64,000 bases of DNA from Podarcis melisellensis (taxonomy: Eukaryota), in the NCBI GenBank assembly GCA_964234715.1, contig OZ174282.1; one strand, 5' to 3'. The number at the start of each line of letters is the position of its first letter. Position 1 is the first letter of the stretch. The position numbers and the translations under genes are program-made. The notes under the pieces are model-generated. The model did not search any database, was not told where the DNA came from, and saw only the letters and a program-made list of their open reading frames with translations. Shown here one piece after another: positions 44,930 to 64,000 of the stretch.

Positions 44930-47307
44930 TGTAACATGAGCACTAACTACTGGTAAATAGATTGGTGCTAAAAAAGCAAAAGTTTGGAAGTTTGCTGGGT
45001 GTTATTTTTCATCTGAATGACTTTATAGGATTATCATGGCACAAGGTGGTCAGCTCAGAGTGACCTGCTGGTTCTGCTTAGAATGCCCCAAACAATACAC
45101 AGTCTAAGAGGGGGGAAATGGGATGCTGTCCTCTACCAGACCAGGCTCTGTCCATTTAACCAAATAGGGTCTGTTCCTGGCAACAGGTCTTTCCCATTGC
45201 CTACTGAGCCTTTAAAATAGGCATGGGAACTTCTGCACACAAATGTGCTTCACCTTTTGAGCTATGGCCCCTCCCTAGTAGAAGATGAAGTTGCCTTTCA
45301 CGAGAGTTCTGCTGGCCTGTATGATCTATTTCACCTGGCTGTGGCTCCACAGGGGCACAGGCTTTTCAGCCCTATAAGCTACAAGCAGGGTGGAGGTCAG
45401 TTGGACCACTGATCTACTGACCTGTGCTCCCCCTGCTTTCAACACTCCCATCCACCATAGCCAGGGATGATGGGAGTTGTAGTCCAGCAACAGCTAGAGA
45501 CCCACAGGTTCTCTCCACCCCCCAGCCACTTTAAGTTATCTTGGAAGTGAGAGCCATTGCAAGCTGCCTTAATAGCACTGCTTCTAAAATAGCCACTGCC
45601 CTCTTGTCTTTGGCCCAGCCTTCCTCTCCGTCACTTTGCTGCTATTTGGCTCCATTGCTTTTGTTTTCTCCTGGGAGATGGAACAGAAAGCAAACTAGCT
45701 TGAGAGCCTGGAAGATGGCAAAGCTTGCCCCAGCACCTTCCAAGCCGTCACACCCTAACGCTGGCAGGGGCCACTCACCTCCAGTTTGGAATGTGTGAGG
45801 GTTTAACTGGCCAAACAAGGGCATGGGGCTCGCCCTCCTGGTTTCCCAAAGTGACTCCCCCAGTAGTGGGAATCTCTGGCTGCTTTGCTTCCCCAGAGAA
45901 CAGGGTGATCTTCTTTCCCTGCAGCAGAGCTCACAAAGCCAGTCTGTGCCTCTTGGCCAAGCTAAACATGTTTTGCTGCTCCCTCCTTCTGCCCACAACA
46001 CAAGGCTGCTCTCTGCCTTCAGGGACAAAGCCATGCTTTTAAAGTCGGCAGAGAGGAGGGGAAATCTTTCCGCTACAGGCCCCAACCCCTCCCCTCTGAC
46101 AGTCCTTCAGGTAGAAGCCTTTGCAAATTCCCCCCCCCCCAGGCCCTGGAAACTTCCTCTGAAACACAGGGGGCTTGTCTTTGGCACCAAATGCTGCCCA
46201 GCAGAGCCATTCTGGCTCTGGTTGTGCGCTAAAGAGTTGGAGGAAGTGGTCACACCTCCCCCACCCCCACCCCCCACCTTCGCTTCCAAATGCCAAGAGC
46301 AGCAGCCTGTGTGCCAGGCCTGCAATGGCTCCCTTGGCGCCAGGCTAGCTTGGGGGCCTCTTTGGTTTCCCTGGTTGGAGCAGGAGACAAGTCAGCTGGG
46401 GAAGACAGTGGCTGCGGCCTGGGACTGCTGCAAAATGTGGCTTTCCCGTCCGAGCATTCGAAGAACATAAGCAGAGCCCTGCAGCTCGACCGGACCCAAG
46501 GGGGCCCCATCTAGCCCAGCCTGCTGTTCTGACAGTGGCCTGCCAGGTGCCCATCCTGGAAAGCCCAATGGCACTCCTGCATATAAGAACACCACCCTCC
46601 CCAGCCTCTTCTGGGCACACACTTTCAAAATCTGAACAGGAAAAACGTTGAAGTCCAAGCAGCCTACATGAGCCCTCCTGCAACTGAGCCCCTTGGGGTC
46701 CTTTCTCCACTCTTCTGAGTGCATGCAAACCTTTGCAGGCCCTTGAGCAGTGGTGGCAGGAGCTGCTCTGCCTCCCCACTTGGGCTGCGAAAATGTGTGC
46801 AACTTCTGCACTGCTGAAGTGGACTAGATGGGGATATTCGTCTAGCTGCTGAGTTGTATGACAGACACAAGTTGTATGACAGACACACAGCAGTGGGCTA
46901 GGTGATGTGCTTAAAAGCAAGGAGAATTTAACCCCTTTTGGTCAGCCCTGGTTTTCCAGGCCTGCCTAGGGCTGTCCTTCTTTGCCTGTCCACAGGATGT
47001 TCCCCTTGCTCCCTTTCAAGCGAGAGCATTAGGAACAGGGGGTCAAAAACCTCCACCTGCAAGCAGGGAAACAGGCAAGAGTCAGGCCAAACTCTCAACT
47101 GGGTCATCCTACAGTGGGGGGATTGGGGGAAGCACACAGACCAGAAGGTGATGAGAGCTGCGAGGCCCCCACCTGTGGCTCTTTAACACAGCAACTACCT
47201 TTGCCATGTACACGTTTGGGAACCCCCCCCCCCAGCACCCAGGAGAAGCCACATCAGGCTCCCAAAGCACAAAGGGACACATGAAGCCCACAAGCAGCTG
47301 CGGATTG

Positions 47308-47313
47308 TTTATT
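47308..47313 (-). terminator. Candidate WWP2 polyadenylation signal AATAAA (3'UTR ~1.5 kb, ~47290-48773)
   Basis: tttatt on + strand; TGTA-rich segment upstream on the minus strand (47395-47460). Confidence 0.65.
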
Positions 47314-48773
47314 GCACAAGAAATTGGCGTCACTGAGGCAGGATGATGCAGTACAAAACTATCCAGGATCCCCATCAAAAGCTATTGCAATTCTTTGTAT
47401 CCACAGACATTTATATACACATTTTTATACACATTTTATATACACACTTACTTACAAACAAACAAACACGCGCGCGCACAGTCCAGCTCTCATATGCAGA
47501 CATACACCTTGCTGTGGAGGCTTGAGGCATCCCCACCCTCCGCCATGTAGCCATAGGACACACACGCAGATGTATGCCACTCCCACTCTTGCATCTGGTC
47601 CCTGTTCTCAGGGTGTGCCAGCCACACATACTCCAATCAGAGGATTTTTAAAAAAAAAAACCCATCCAGAAATAAAGACAGGGGATTCTTCTGGTTCGCC
47701 CCCTGCCCCTTCTTTCTGCCTTTTAGTGCAAAAAAGTTCAGAGTTCTGCACTTGGGATAACCTGTTTTGTAGACATTCAAGGTAAAGGCTTCCCCCTACA
47801 ATCTTGCAGCTCACTGGGCACCAATGTCTCCAGAAAAAGGAGATGCCCCACTTCCAACAAGACTTGGAACAGCTCAGATCAGGAGACTCAGGTTCTCCAT
47901 GCTTGGCTGAAGCCTGGTTTGGCCTCCCCTGCAATCTGGCCAAAGGCCATCCTCTCTCTTCCTGAGGCCTCTTTGTCTATAGCCTTTGGGGTTGAGTGGG
48001 GTACCCATTTGAACAGCCCAGATCCTGCTCCACGACACAGCTGGGGACTGCCTGGGGCCCTGCCCTGTCTTCTGCTTCATGGGTTTGGGGAGGATGTGGG
48101 CTTTGGCCTGGGATGTGGGCCAAATCCTGCCCACTGCTCTCAGCAGAAAACCAGCGTGGTTGCAAGGCACAGAAGCCTCACCTACCAGCACAGGGAGTGG
48201 GAAAAGGCCTCAGGGAAGAGGAGGTGGGTTTAGGAAAGTTGTAGGAAATCCTGCCTCTAGATCCCACCCATCTCTACTGATCCCCAGCGGCTATCTGGAG
48301 CAGGGGCTCGCAACACACTCCAGTGTCCTTGGCAAGGGGGGAATTCTCAAAAGTGCTCTTTTTTCCTGTGCAGAATGCCTTGACATAATGTTCAGGAAGT
48401 CCTGGTGGGTTGGTACCAGTGGGGGGTGGGTCTGGATTGCTTTAAAAGGCAGCTACGACAAAAGCCCATGAGGCCCATAGGTGGGGCAGAATGGCTGCAT
48501 AGCTCAGAAACTGGTACAAGGAATCCACAGGGAAGGAGGTGGATACCACTTGCAGCCACTGCTCTGCTGGAAAGCAAATGAATATTTTTTTTGGGGGGGG
48601 GAGGGGGCAGAGAAGGGGAGCACCTTCTGCAGCCTCTAGTTCTCCAACCACAAGATCTAGGCCTGGGCAATCCCTCTTCCACAAAGCCACCTCCTTCCAC
48701 CTTCCTTCCTTCCTGGAGATTTGGCTCCATTTCCAGGTATTCAGGATGGCTTCCCAGGAGGATCTCTTTGGAG

Positions 48774-63399
<14,626 letters not shown>

Positions 63400-64000
63400 C
63401 TATTACTTATTTCTATCATTTTCCAGAGCATGAAGAACTTTGTGACTCTCACTTTGTCTATGACTCCAACAGCCCTGTCAAGTAGGCACAGTGGCTTACT
63501 CAAGCTGCCCTATGAGCAAAGGCACAGGACCCCCTCCTCTGCACCCACTGGCTCCAACTGTATAGCAATACTCCAGCCAGATCCAAGGGTGCTGTCAAGG
63601 TTTGGGGGCCCCCAACAACTTCTGCAGGACCTACAGCTTCCAAAAGGCATCAGCAGGCACACATAACAGCCCATCTTTGTTTTGCTTTGGCCAATCACAG
63701 CAAGATTAAGGAGCAATCCCTGATTGGGCAATGCTTTCACCAAGAACAGTCTGCTATTTAAACAACAACAACAACTCATAAGGGCTAGAAACTTTATTTT
63801 TTAAAAAAACAAAACAGGATATATGAGACCACATTACTGTGGAGATGCAGAATGCACCTCTTAAATATCCCCAACCAAACTCCAGAAGGCTCTGCAGAGG
63901 ATCATAAATGGCCACCAATCTGCAAGAAGGAATGCCTTCCACTCCAGAGGGCAGGGCACTGCCATGCCATAAAGCCAAGGAAGGTGGCTGCCCAGGCAAT

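Overview
Vertebrate genomic DNA from a squamate, most likely a lacertid lizard (Sauria SINEs, BovB, CR1, L1, tRNA-Ala SINEs). The right half holds two convergent genes. PSMD7 is complete (+ strand, 7 coding exons, 36035-41534, 322 aa, CpG-island promoter). WWP2 is represented by its last 16 coding exons (- strand, 63316 to 48774; WW1-WW4 and HECT), with MIR140 in an intron. The left ~35 kb has no host exons and looks like the gene desert that borders ZFHX3 in other vertebrates (inference from synteny). It contains homeodomain/TALE-motif-rich candidate enhancers, old L1 fragments, a very young 5'-truncated RTE-X-like LINE with an intact RT frame and a perfect 15-bp TSD, and a 300-N gap. I found no convincing evidence of a wholly new biological system. 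The best leads are parallel Gly-to-Arg changes in WW3 and WW4 of WWP2, miR-140-3p seed sites in the host 3'UTR, divergent CTCF motifs flanking PSMD7, an intronic RFX X-box cluster, a ~440-bp duplicated composite element, and the young LINE. Comparisons to human and mouse come from recalled knowledge, not a database search.
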